Shown: in pieces, positions 1-7,457 of the stretch
Numbering within the stretch: position 1 is the first letter of the stretch
Layout of the letters: each line of letters begins with the position of its first letter
IMG/VR virus record: IMGVR_UViG_3300024252_000004
Coordinates: 280,770 to 344,769 of that record
DNA from: a virus
Strand: one strand, 5' to 3'
DNA length: 64,000 nt
The notes under the pieces: generated by a model
Told to the model about the DNA's origin: nothing
The model's input: the letters and a program-made list of their open reading frames with translations, nothing else
The model's database searches: none
Made by a program: the position numbers and the translations under genes

Positions 1-20
1 CAGATAAGTTTCGAGACTCT

Positions 21-668
21 TTGGCTAAGGTATTCGTTAAGACTCCGGAGTTTGTGAGGACACAGTCCGAACTAAGATTAGATGTTCCAGAGAACCCCTT
101 TTTAGAATATGTCAAAAATATTCACGAAAGCTGGATGATGAATGAAAGAAGAGCTGAATTTCTTGAGTTATATGGTGACAAAAGAGCGGCCGACGAATTA
201 AGAGAAGCTACATTAAACTTTGCAGTATTCACTCGTGGTTACAACTCAAACGTAATAGCAGCACGACAAGCGGTTAATATAGCATTAGATAAAGGTATGT
301 CGTTTTGTATGATCAATTACGGAAACCTTATTGATGTGCCAAAGATCTTATTAGAAGTATCGGACAAGATAGATAAAGTTGATACAAGTTTTTACAGTGA
401 CTTGATGATGCCTCCAAGGTGGCAGTATGATTTTTATCCAAGAGATACAGATCATTTGCTTCCGGCATCGAGGTGCTCTATTTTTATTATTGAGAAGATT
501 CCTGGCACAAAATTCAGCGGCCATGTCCCAAAGGACAGCCGGGCCGAAGCAAAGATACCAGAAGTACAAGATTTGGTTGACATTATGGACGAGCTTCCTG
601 CTGAAATTCAGGAGACCATGGCCCTTTACTTACCATTTTTTGCGGCAAGTGAGAGCAAAATTTGCTAA
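21..668 (+). CDS. hypothetical protein (may be 5'-partial; frame stays open to window edge)
   Basis: 215-codon ORF from TTG; no in-frame stop upstream to nt 3; no recognisable motif. Confidence 0.45.
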   Translation: MAKVFVKTPEFVRTQSELRLDVPENPFLEYVKNIHESWMMNERRAEFLELYGDKRAADELREATLNFAVFTRGYNSNVIAARQAVNIALDKGMSFCMINYGNLIDVPKILLEVSDKIDKVDTSFYSDLMMPPRWQYDFYPRDTDHLLPASRCSIFIIEKIPGTKFSGHVPKDSRAEAKIPEVQDLVDIMDELPAEIQETMALYLPFFAASESKIC

Positions 669-690
669 ATTTCTCACAAGATGGTATGAT
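662..690 (+). promoter_or_regulatory. sigma70-like promoter, copy 1 of conserved family
   Basis: TTGCTA(662-667)-N17(AATTTCTCACAAGATGG)-TATGAT(685-690); ~35 nt near-identical to copy at 8435; tRNA pair 874-1029 downstream. Confidence 0.6.
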
Positions 691-751
691 GAAGTGAGCA
701 GCGGCGTTGCCGTTCGGTCGATAAACAAGCAACATTTTAAAGGAGGTTGTT

Positions 752-835
752 ATGACGTACATTACGAATTATGTTATCCAGAGCATTACCCTTGATGTTG
801 CACAGATTCCAGGCAAGAGCCCCGTAAGGGTGTAA
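752..835 (+). CDS. small ORF (27 aa) with near-perfect SD, between promoter and tRNAs
   Basis: AAAGGAGG 738-745 then ATG 752; below 60-aa cutoff of ORF track. Confidence 0.3.
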   Translation: MTYITNYVIQSITLDVAQIPGKSPVRV

Positions 836-844
836 TAAGCTATA

Positions 845-856
845 GTGCTTAAGCAC
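845..856. repeat. 12-bp palindrome GTGCTTAAGCAC upstream of tRNA
   Basis: perfect palindrome; related copy TGCTTAAGCA at 2522-2531, also just upstream of a tRNA. Confidence 0.5.
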
Positions 857-873
857 AATTACAAAAATCTTGT

Positions 874-951
874 CTGGGTGTGGCGCAGTCTGGTCAGCGC
901 TCCTGTTTTGGAAACAGGAGGTCGCAGGTTCAAATCCTGTCACCCAGACCA
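874..951 (+). tRNA. tRNA, anticodon TGG (Pro), CCA encoded
   Basis: acceptor CTGGGTG/CACCCAG, D stem GCGC/GCGC, anticodon stem CCTGT/ACAGG loop TTTGGAA, T-loop TTCAAAT. Confidence 0.7.
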
Positions 952-956
952 TATCT

Positions 957-1029
957 CGGGATATGGTGTAATCTGGTAACACTCATGGTTTGGGACCATG
1001 AATTGCGGGTTCAAATCCTGCTATCCCGA
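957..1029 (+). tRNA. tRNA, anticodon TGG (Pro-like), paralog of 2429
   Basis: acceptor CGGGATA/TATCCCG, anticodon stem CATGG/CCATG loop TTTGGGA, T stem GCGGG/CCTGC. Confidence 0.6.
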
Positions 1030-1049
1030 CCGAAGAATTAAGGGACTTA

Positions 1050-1373
1050 ATGGAAGACTTACTAAAGAAGTACGAGGATGCGAGAAAGGCTCTTGGTGAG
1101 TATTTTGACGCCCCTATCTATCATAACCTAATCACTAATTTTCAAGATCAGTGGACAGATTATGGTGTTCAGCACGACTCAGTTGCTTGGGAATATCAAG
1201 AAGACGAGAGCAGTGAGTGGGATGACGGGGAGTTCATGTATAGCTTTGAGGTCCAAGGAGTTTCCAGATGGCAAAGCAAAGACGGCAAGTATACCTTGTT
1301 CATCGGTAGAGACTGTTGTGGAAACACTGACTGTTATATTTTTCTAAATGAATTAAAGATGGAAGGCGTCTAA
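1050..1373 (+). CDS. hypothetical protein
   Basis: 107-aa ORF, ATG start. Confidence 0.45.
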   Translation: MEDLLKKYEDARKALGEYFDAPIYHNLITNFQDQWTDYGVQHDSVAWEYQEDESSEWDDGEFMYSFEVQGVSRWQSKDGKYTLFIGRDCCGNTDCYIFLNELKMEGV

Positions 1374-1374
1374 C

Positions 1375-1686
1375 ATGGCGGGCTCGGTAATGCCTTTGTT
1401 CGAAGATATGAAGTTTCTTAAAGCGACGAAATATCCGGTGGCAAAAGTTGGTATTATTTATCTTACGGAAAACCGTAGGGGCGGAATAATCTATGCTGCT
1501 GAACGAGATCAATGTTATCTGTACGATATGGGAAAGGGAAAATGGAAAACGGTTATTCCGGGTTCATACCTTCAATGCCCAGGCAATTGGGCTCGTCATC
1601 TTAACGCATTAGAGAAAAGAAAATTTGTTTCATTGATGAACATTCTTAAATTCAAGAATTGGACATACAAGAAAGTTTACAAGTAG
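1375..1686 (+). CDS. hypothetical protein
   Basis: 103-aa ORF abutting previous gene. Confidence 0.4.
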   Translation: MAGSVMPLFEDMKFLKATKYPVAKVGIIYLTENRRGGIIYAAERDQCYLYDMGKGKWKTVIPGSYLQCPGNWARHLNALEKRKFVSLMNILKFKNWTYKKVYK

Positions 1687-1694
1687 AGGTGCTT

Positions 1695-2129
1695 ATGAGC
1701 ATTCAGGACACAGTTAAGGCCCACATGAAAGAGGCCATGTATAGCCGAGATAAACCTCGCCTTACTGCCCTTCGCGGTATCAAGGCTGAGCTTACCAAGG
1801 AGACGAAGATCAAGGGTGTTGAGACTCTTTCTGAGGAAAAGAGTATAAAGATCCTGCGAAGGCTTGCAAAGCAGCGAACAGAATCCGCTACTGTTTATTC
1901 AGATGCGGGAAGAGATGAGCTTGCAGAGCAGGAGCGTTTCGAGCTTGGGATCATCGAAAGTTTTCTCCCCGCCCTGGCAGGTGAGGCAGAAACTCGTGTA
2001 TGGATTCAGGAGGCCATCGATAGTGGGGCGTCTAACATGGGCGCAGTAATGGGGATGGTTATGAAGTCTCATAGAAGTGAGGCTGACGGCAAGCTTGTTC
2101 GCAAGCTTGTGCAGGAAATGCTTAAGTAA
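1695..2129 (+). CDS. YqeY/GatB-domain protein
   Basis: SD GAGGTG then ATG 1695; sequence MSIQDTVKAHMKEAMYSRDKPRLTALRGIKAEL...ADGKLVRKLVQEML matches YqeY (GatB C-terminal-like) family along full length. Confidence 0.75.
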   Translation: MSIQDTVKAHMKEAMYSRDKPRLTALRGIKAELTKETKIKGVETLSEEKSIKILRRLAKQRTESATVYSDAGRDELAEQERFELGIIESFLPALAGEAETRVWIQEAIDSGASNMGAVMGMVMKSHRSEADGKLVRKLVQEMLK

Positions 2130-2160
2130 TAGCTTGCCTCCTTGGATAAGGAGGTGTGTC

Positions 2161-2352
2161 ATGCTTGATGCAAAAACGCAGGAGTTCCTGCGCAAATTGA
2201 AAGAGTTGTGTGCAGAATTTGAGGTAGAGATAGGCGGCTGCGGCTGCTGTGGTTCACCATACTTCACAGTGGGTGAGAAGAGTTACGAGGATCTTTTTAT
2301 TAGCAAAGACGAAAATCGTTGCTATGATAAAGACGGAGAACACAACTTTTAA
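2161..2352 (+). CDS. small Cys-rich hypothetical protein
   Basis: strong SD TAAGGAGGTG 2145-2154 then ATG 2161; GGCGCCGSPYF motif. Confidence 0.5.
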   Translation: MLDAKTQEFLRKLKELCAEFEVEIGGCGCCGSPYFTVGEKSYEDLFISKDENRCYDKDGEHNF

Positions 2353-2428
2353 CGTTACTGAGCAGTTAGAAGCGCCGCGTAGAGCTGGATCAACGGGGAA
2401 CTTTCGAAATGGTGAGAGGCCATTACAT

Positions 2429-2506
2429 CGGGGTATAGCGCAGTCTGGTCAGCGCACCTGCTTTGGGAGCAGGGGGCCGTAGGTTCGAATCCTACTATCC
2501 CGACCA
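2429..2506 (+). tRNA. tRNA, anticodon TGG (Pro-like), CCA encoded
   Basis: acceptor CGGGGTA/TATCCCG (one G-U), anticodon stem CCTGC/GCAGG loop TTTGGGA, T-loop TTCGAAT. Confidence 0.65.
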
Positions 2507-2521
2507 TAAAACTACTTGGAG

Positions 2522-2531
2522 TGCTTAAGCA
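2522..2531. repeat. palindrome TGCTTAAGCA upstream of tRNA
   Basis: second copy of motif seen at 845-856. Confidence 0.4.
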
Positions 2532-2555
2532 TCATGACCGTCGAGAGGGTCTTAT

Positions 2556-2646
2556 AGGACTGTAGCTCAGTTTTTGGTTAGAGCGCTCGCCTGATAAGTG
2601 AGAGGCCACTTGGTATACGTTGGTTCAAATCCAACCAGTCCTACCA
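2556..2646 (+). tRNA. tRNA-Ile(GAT)-like with 16-nt variable region (11-nt insertion)
   Basis: acceptor AGGACTG/CAGTCCT, D arm GCTC..GAGC, anticodon stem CTCGC/GTGAG loop CTGATAA; body matches bacterial tRNA-Ile(GAT) except ACTTGGTATAC inserted before T stem GTTGG/CCAAC. Confidence 0.55.
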
Positions 2647-2658
2647 TAAGGAAATGAA

Positions 2659-2871
2659 ATGCTTACTATTGATCAAGTTAGAAAGCTAAAGCGTGGCGAT
2701 AAGGTTGTGGATACCTACGGAAAGGTTTATGACTTTGGATATATTTCCCAAACGAATGCTGCCGTAGTTTACGATGAAGGCGAATACAATATGCAGGATG
2801 CTTCAGCTTTCAGACTACTTTCTGACAAAGAGGTTTCTGAAAAACCATTCTATAAGCTGAGGATCAAATGA
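2659..2871 (+). CDS. hypothetical protein
   Basis: 70-aa ORF. Confidence 0.4.
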   Translation: MLTIDQVRKLKRGDKVVDTYGKVYDFGYISQTNAAVVYDEGEYNMQDASAFRLLSDKEVSEKPFYKLRIK

Positions 2872-3107
2872 TAAACAAAATCGATTTTAGCAAAATCCCT
2901 AAAGAAGACCTATCTGTTTACGAACTATGGGTTGTGGCAACGTGGTCAGGGAATCCTTATACCGATGATCCTGGGAGTTGGTATATTGAAGATGGTCTGT
3001 ATCTAAAAAAGGAATCCGCCATTCTTGCTGCCTCAGTAAGGGGCGTCCGTAAGGATCAAGTTATGAGTCTGAGCGATTTCATATCGAAATGCAATAGGGG
3101 TTACTAA
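2868..3107 (+). CDS. hypothetical protein
   Basis: 79-aa ORF, overlapping stop/start with neighbours. Confidence 0.4.
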   Translation: MINKIDFSKIPKEDLSVYELWVVATWSGNPYTDDPGSWYIEDGLYLKKESAILAASVRGVRKDQVMSLSDFISKCNRGY

Positions 3108-3304
3108 TGGATTTGTGGCTACATCTGATGGAATGCAGTTACCCGGAGGGTTGCACTTGCGGCACCTCCGCATACAATGCTTTGGCAGAAAAAGTTGCTG
3201 AGCAGCAGTCTCTTATGAGAGAAGCTGCCAAAGCCTTGTCTGACTGGAACAACGGACAAGGGGTGGATGAAGATTTGGAGCTAATAAAGAAGCTTCGAAG
3301 TTAA
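3107..3304 (+). CDS. hypothetical protein
   Basis: 65-aa ORF. Confidence 0.35.
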   Translation: MDLWLHLMECSYPEGCTCGTSAYNALAEKVAEQQSLMREAAKALSDWNNGQGVDEDLELIKKLRS

Positions 3305-3305
3305 A

Positions 3306-3656
3306 ATGGGCTGCCCAAATTGTGGTGGAGAATCATATCTGACGACTTATCGAGCGAGATACCCTCGTGCAGGTAAGAGTCTTTTGGTTAAGTCAAAATG
3401 TATGATGTGTTCATCCTGTAGGACCCGGATAGGTCCTTTCAAATTCTTGACACCAGCGTTGGCAAATGAAAATGATGCTAACGCCGAGATAGAATGGGAA
3501 AGAAAATATAATGAGAAGATGCCTCCAGAATATCCGATGGGTCGTATAAGAAAGATTATGCGAACAGAGGAAGGTAAAAGGCGTGTAGCTGAAGCTTTTG
3601 GAAAAGCTTTGTACAAAGAAGTAGAGAAAACCTCTAAGGAGAGTAAAGATGATTAA
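3306..3656 (+). CDS. zinc-ribbon protein (CPNCG..CMMCSSC)
   Basis: 116-aa ORF with two Cys pairs. Confidence 0.45.
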   Translation: MGCPNCGGESYLTTYRARYPRAGKSLLVKSKCMMCSSCRTRIGPFKFLTPALANENDANAEIEWERKYNEKMPPEYPMGRIRKIMRTEEGKRRVAEAFGKALYKEVEKTSKESKDD

Positions 3657-4020
3657 TCAGAGCGATGTTGTTGAATACCTAAAGAACGTTAGCGTTATTG
3701 AACTTAGAGGTCTTATCGGGACTCTGGAGGATGAGCTTGGAGTTAAGATTCCAGAATACACAGCACCTTCTCAGTACGATCTCGGTTTTGGTGGCGGAGA
3801 GGTAGAGCAGACCGAGTTTACCGTTGTCCTTCAGGGCTTTGAGGGTAAGAAGGTTGCACTGATTAAGGTCGTGCGAGCACTTACAGGTCTCGGTCTAAAG
3901 GATGCAAAGGTCGCGGTAGAGTCCGCTCCTTATGTGATTAAGGAAGGCGTTGATAAGGGCGTAGCAGAAGAGGTTGCCGCTTCTATGAGAGAGGTTGGTG
4001 GCTTGGTAGACATTGTATAA
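3649..4020 (+). CDS. rplL: ribosomal protein bL12 (L7/L12) homolog
   Basis: SD AAGGAGAG then ATG 3649; N-terminal dimerisation/L10-binding region and C-terminal TGLGLKDAKVAVESAP..KEGV align with bacterial RplL. Confidence 0.8.
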   Translation: MINQSDVVEYLKNVSVIELRGLIGTLEDELGVKIPEYTAPSQYDLGFGGGEVEQTEFTVVLQGFEGKKVALIKVVRALTGLGLKDAKVAVESAPYVIKEGVDKGVAEEVAASMREVGGLVDIV

Positions 4021-4208
4021 TGTTGAATGAAGCCATCGCAGAAGCTCTTGACGCGCCTTATAAACAGGCGCGTCAAGAGGGAGCAGAGGAAGAGAGAAAA
4101 AAGATCGCTGACTGGTTGAGAGAAACCAGCAAGCACAGTAAGATAGCAAGTACCTTGCTGCGATTAATGGCTGATGAAATTGAGTCTGGCGATTATGGCA
4201 AGGGTTAA
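4020..4208 (+). CDS. hypothetical protein
   Basis: 62-aa ORF. Confidence 0.35.
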   Translation: MLNEAIAEALDAPYKQARQEGAEEERKKIADWLRETSKHSKIASTLLRLMADEIESGDYGKG

Positions 4209-4214
4209 CAATTT

Positions 4215-4288
4215 TGGAGATTAGTTTAATCGTAAAATAGGTGGCTCTGACCCGCCCGTTACTGGTTCAAATCCAGTATCTCCAGCCA
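4215..4288 (+). tRNA. tRNA, anticodon CTG (Gln), atypical D arm, CCA encoded
   Basis: acceptor TGGAGAT/ATCTCCA perfect, anticodon stem GGTGG/CCGCC loop CTCTGAC, T arm ACTGG-TTCAAAT-CCAGT; D loop lacks GG. Confidence 0.5.
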
Positions 4289-4305
4289 TCATCATAGGTG
4301 ATACA

Positions 4306-4545
4306 ATGAAGATCGATATGGAGATTCTTAAGAGTCGAGTCAAAGGGACAGTAAACTTTTCTTTTTTCAGAGCAGGACAGCTCTGGTATGTATGTGAGGA
4401 CGGGTGGGAATTTCCTATTCCTGTCGAAGATACGGGCAATGCACAGGGAAGCTCTCCCACTTTCTCTGCTCAGATGAAGGGCATTTATATGATGCGCTGG
4501 GTAAAGAAGGCTATGGAAGCAGAACTACAAAGGGATAGTGAGTGA
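4306..4545 (+). CDS. hypothetical protein
   Basis: 79-aa ORF. Confidence 0.4.
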   Translation: MKIDMEILKSRVKGTVNFSFFRAGQLWYVCEDGWEFPIPVEDTGNAQGSSPTFSAQMKGIYMMRWVKKAMEAELQRDSE

Positions 4546-4808
4546 GCATTTTTTCTAAAGTTATTGGCGAGAATATCTTTTTTAAACCAGAATTGTATCC
4601 GAGCGGAAATTGCTATGCTCATTATCCTTTGTCAACAAGGGATGTGAGTATTATATTGGAATATGATACGGGAAGATTTATCTATTACAAAATGAGACCA
4701 AGTGGATATGTTACAGGTGATCATATTTGTGCTGGGAAATTTTCGTCATACCTTTCCGAAAAGGAAAAGAAGTCATTTATTGAAATGTTGGAAAAGATCG
4801 AATCGTAG
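4542..4808 (+). CDS. hypothetical protein
   Basis: 88-aa ORF; 3' end overlaps tRNA start. Confidence 0.4.
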   Translation: MSIFSKVIGENIFFKPELYPSGNCYAHYPLSTRDVSIILEYDTGRFIYYKMRPSGYVTGDHICAGKFSSYLSEKEKKSFIEMLEKIES

Positions 4809-4876
4809 CTCAGTCCGGTAAGAGCACTCGGCTGATACCCGAGGGGTCGGTAGTTCAAATCTACCCGGTTCGACCA
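4799..4876 (+). tRNA. tRNA-Ile(GAT), CCA encoded
   Basis: acceptor CGAATCG/CGGTTCG, D arm GCTC-AGTCCGGTAA-GAGC, anticodon stem CTCGG/CCGAG loop CTGATAC, T-loop TTCAAAT. Confidence 0.7.
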
Positions 4877-4888
4877 TTAAAATGGGAG

Positions 4889-5311
4889 TTGGTTATGTCT
4901 AAACTGTTGAAAAAAAGACCCACTAAGCCAAGGGCACCAACTGAACCAAAAGAAATTTTGTCTTCGTATTCGTCAAAAACAATATACAGTTCATCTATTG
5001 AAGGTAGCGAGATTTTGGAACTCATGAAAGAGTGTAATTGTAGTATTACAGATTTATCTTTTCTCTTTTATGGAGACGACAACTATTCTTGTGACGAGAT
5101 AGAAATAAGTATTAACGCTCCGCTAATGAATAACAAGTATTCTGAGCAGATGGTTGTCTACGAGAGTAAGCTTGAAATCTATCACAAAAAGATGGAAATT
5201 TTCACGGCAAAGCTTTCTCTGTGGAATGAACAGAAGAAGCAAAGAGATGACGAGGCAAAGGCAAAGAAAATTGAAGCTCTTGAGTATAAGCTATCTCAGC
5301 TAAGGAAGTAG
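4889..5311 (+). CDS. hypothetical protein (coiled-coil C-terminus)
   Basis: 140-aa ORF. Confidence 0.45.
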   Translation: MVMSKLLKKRPTKPRAPTEPKEILSSYSSKTIYSSSIEGSEILELMKECNCSITDLSFLFYGDDNYSCDEIEISINAPLMNNKYSEQMVVYESKLEIYHKKMEIFTAKLSLWNEQKKQRDDEAKAKKIEALEYKLSQLRK

Positions 5312-5312
5312 T

Positions 5313-5795
5313 TTGACTCGCCTTAGTGACATACTCGAACGAATATCTGCGAACCCTTACAAGACTATGTCTACTCCGAAGCCCTATGGGAAGTCGGATG
5401 GAGAAAGGCTTGCGGGAGAGTTCTACCTTCAACTTAAGAAGCTTGATTGCATTCGCGGAATTGGATCGGGCATTCTTGAGATCATCGGAACAGATTATGT
5501 TTTGATGGTAAGAGGCACTAAGAGCACAGCAGAGTTGTTTTTTGCCAACAGGGTTTACATCAAACAGGCAAGGAAGCAGTCCCATGAGGAATCAGTAAGT
5601 CTTGATGCAGCCTTTCGTCTCTCTAAAGTGAATGATGAATTCGATGAATTCTTAGCAATTCCACATTTCTTAGATGCTATGGAGGAAATGCCTGAAGAGT
5701 TGCAGGGTTACATCGTAACTAACATTCCGGACTTTGCAGATTATGATGTTTCTGATAGGGTTAGAAAGAATTCTGAGTGGTTGAAAAACGTATAA
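5313..5795 (+). CDS. hypothetical protein
   Basis: 160-aa ORF from TTG; alternative ATG at 5370. Confidence 0.45.
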   Translation: MTRLSDILERISANPYKTMSTPKPYGKSDGERLAGEFYLQLKKLDCIRGIGSGILEIIGTDYVLMVRGTKSTAELFFANRVYIKQARKQSHEESVSLDAAFRLSKVNDEFDEFLAIPHFLDAMEEMPEELQGYIVTNIPDFADYDVSDRVRKNSEWLKNV

Positions 5796-5813
5796 TGCTC
5801 CCATGAGGTGAGC

Positions 5814-6689
5814 ATGAAACCAGTAGTTCTTTTTGATATGGATGGCACATTAACTGAGCCAAGAAAAACAGTAGAAGCTCCGATGCTTCGGGCGTTAGAG
5901 ACGCTGATGCAATACGCTGTAGTAGGCATTGTATCCGGCAGTGATTACGATTACATCTATCAACAGATGGAACTTGATAAAAATGATTTAAAAGATGTTT
6001 TGATTTATCCTTGCAATGGGACAAAGAGATATGTCTATGATCAAGTTAAGAAACGTTGGGAAAATACGTTTTCTGTCGATATGAAAGAGGAGATCGGGGG
6101 CGAGAAGCTTTATAGTTTAATGGAGCTACTTTTAGATTGGCAGCTATTCTATCTTGAATCTGCAAAGAAAAATGGTTTCAAGACGCCCCTTACGGGTTTG
6201 CACTTACAGAACAGAGGCTCCATGATTAACTGGTGCCCAATTGGACGAGGCGCAGATCACGACGAAAGGAAATTGTTTCAGGACTATGATGCAAATACTT
6301 CTTGGCGAGAAGAGACCCTTCCCTTGTTGGAAGATGAAATCGGACTAAGAGTAGAAGGAGTAACAGTTGTCAAAGGCGGATCAACATCATTCGACATCTA
6401 CCCAGACGGATGGGATAAAAGATTTGTCAAAAGATTCCACGAAGGACAAGAACTCTATTTCGTTGGAGATCGATGCGAAAAAGGTGGGAACGATTACGAG
6501 CTTTACGCCGATCTTAAAAGATCCAAAGAAAGTCGCACCTTTGAGCGCAAACAGCTATTCTTTCCCTGGTCTAAAGTCAATCAAGATGAGTGCAAATATC
6601 AAGATTCTTTTAACACCGGATCTCCGGAAGAAACAAGCAGGATCATTGAAGAGGATCTCATCCCGCGTATCGTTAAGGCGCGAGTTTGA
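5814..6689 (+). CDS. phosphomannomutase, eukaryotic-type (HAD-IIB, PMM family)
   Basis: SD GAGGTG then ATG 5814; VLFDMDGTLT motif I, SFDIYPDGWDKRF and GGNDYEL match PMM family; C-terminal ~40 aa extension. Confidence 0.75.
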   Translation: MKPVVLFDMDGTLTEPRKTVEAPMLRALETLMQYAVVGIVSGSDYDYIYQQMELDKNDLKDVLIYPCNGTKRYVYDQVKKRWENTFSVDMKEEIGGEKLYSLMELLLDWQLFYLESAKKNGFKTPLTGLHLQNRGSMINWCPIGRGADHDERKLFQDYDANTSWREETLPLLEDEIGLRVEGVTVVKGGSTSFDIYPDGWDKRFVKRFHEGQELYFVGDRCEKGGNDYELYADLKRSKESRTFERKQLFFPWSKVNQDECKYQDSFNTGSPEETSRIIEEDLIPRIVKARV

Positions 6690-6732
6690 GGAATGTCAAG
6701 ATGAAGTGACAGAGCGCATAGGGTATTTTCAA

Positions 6733-7125
6733 ATGAGCGAGAAAACACTTAAGCCTATTGAACCTATTGATGATATGGTTATGACCATTATCGCTGACCT
6801 TAAGGAACTTGATTGTGTTACAGAGGTAATGGAATCTGGGTGGGAGGTTGGTTATAGGATTCAAGGAACGCCTTTGACTCTTATGGTGGCTCACGATGAC
6901 ATCAAGCCAACATTTCTATTTGTGAGAACAGAAATCTCAGAGGATCTTTTTAACTCATTTTGGGTTGATGACATGAATACAAAAGACCCAAACAAGTTGA
7001 GCCTTTATGTTCCAGTTCGCAAGCTATTCGATTTGGTAGATTTGCCAGAAGAAATGATTGAGTTTTTGGCGGTCAGGATTTCAATGTTTGTTGATGGAGA
7101 TATCTCCGAGCAGCAAGACTTTTAG
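6733..7125 (+). CDS. hypothetical acidic protein
   Basis: ATG 6733 just after PMM stop; same frame open from 6367, alternative start 6586. Confidence 0.4.
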   Translation: MSEKTLKPIEPIDDMVMTIIADLKELDCVTEVMESGWEVGYRIQGTPLTLMVAHDDIKPTFLFVRTEISEDLFNSFWVDDMNTKDPNKLSLYVPVRKLFDLVDLPEEMIEFLAVRISMFVDGDISEQQDF

Positions 7126-7406
7126 TCCTCGTCTTTATCTTCTTTCTTTTCTTTTGGAGCTTCGCCACCAAAGAGCTTTTCCATAAGCTCAGCAAAGTCG
7201 GAGGCATCCTCTGCTTCTTCTGGCATTTCTTCGCCATGACTATGTTCACATATATCAAGCGTAGGCTCATCGGGCATAGGAGATAGTCCCAAAGCAGATG
7301 CAATTTCTGCTGGATCTACTCCTTCTAAAATCAAAATCTCTTGAGCCTCTTTTTTGAAATTAAGGCTGTAGAGGTTTCTGCTTAAACTTACAAGTTTAGT
7401 GTACAT
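7122..7406 (-). CDS. hypothetical protein with acidic Lys/Glu/Asp tail
   Basis: start taken at MYTKLVSL (AGGAGTG 7 nt upstream on minus strand); longer ORF to 7538 overlaps the RF gene start and is likely spurious. Confidence 0.4.
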   Translation of the reverse strand: MYTKLVSLSRNLYSLNFKKEAQEILILEGVDPAEIASALGLSPMPDEPTLDICEHSHGEEMPEEAEDASDFAELMEKLFGGEAPKEKKEDKDED

Positions 7407-7457
7407 AGTACTGTCACTCCTACTAAGATTAAGTATAATAGTAGGACTGGAGGTTCT

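Noticed and set aside
6367-7125. 252-aa ORF overlapping the phosphomannomutase C-terminus in another frame
   Set aside because: The 5' 120 codons overlap a well-supported PMM gene. The likely real start is ATG 6733 just after the PMM stop.
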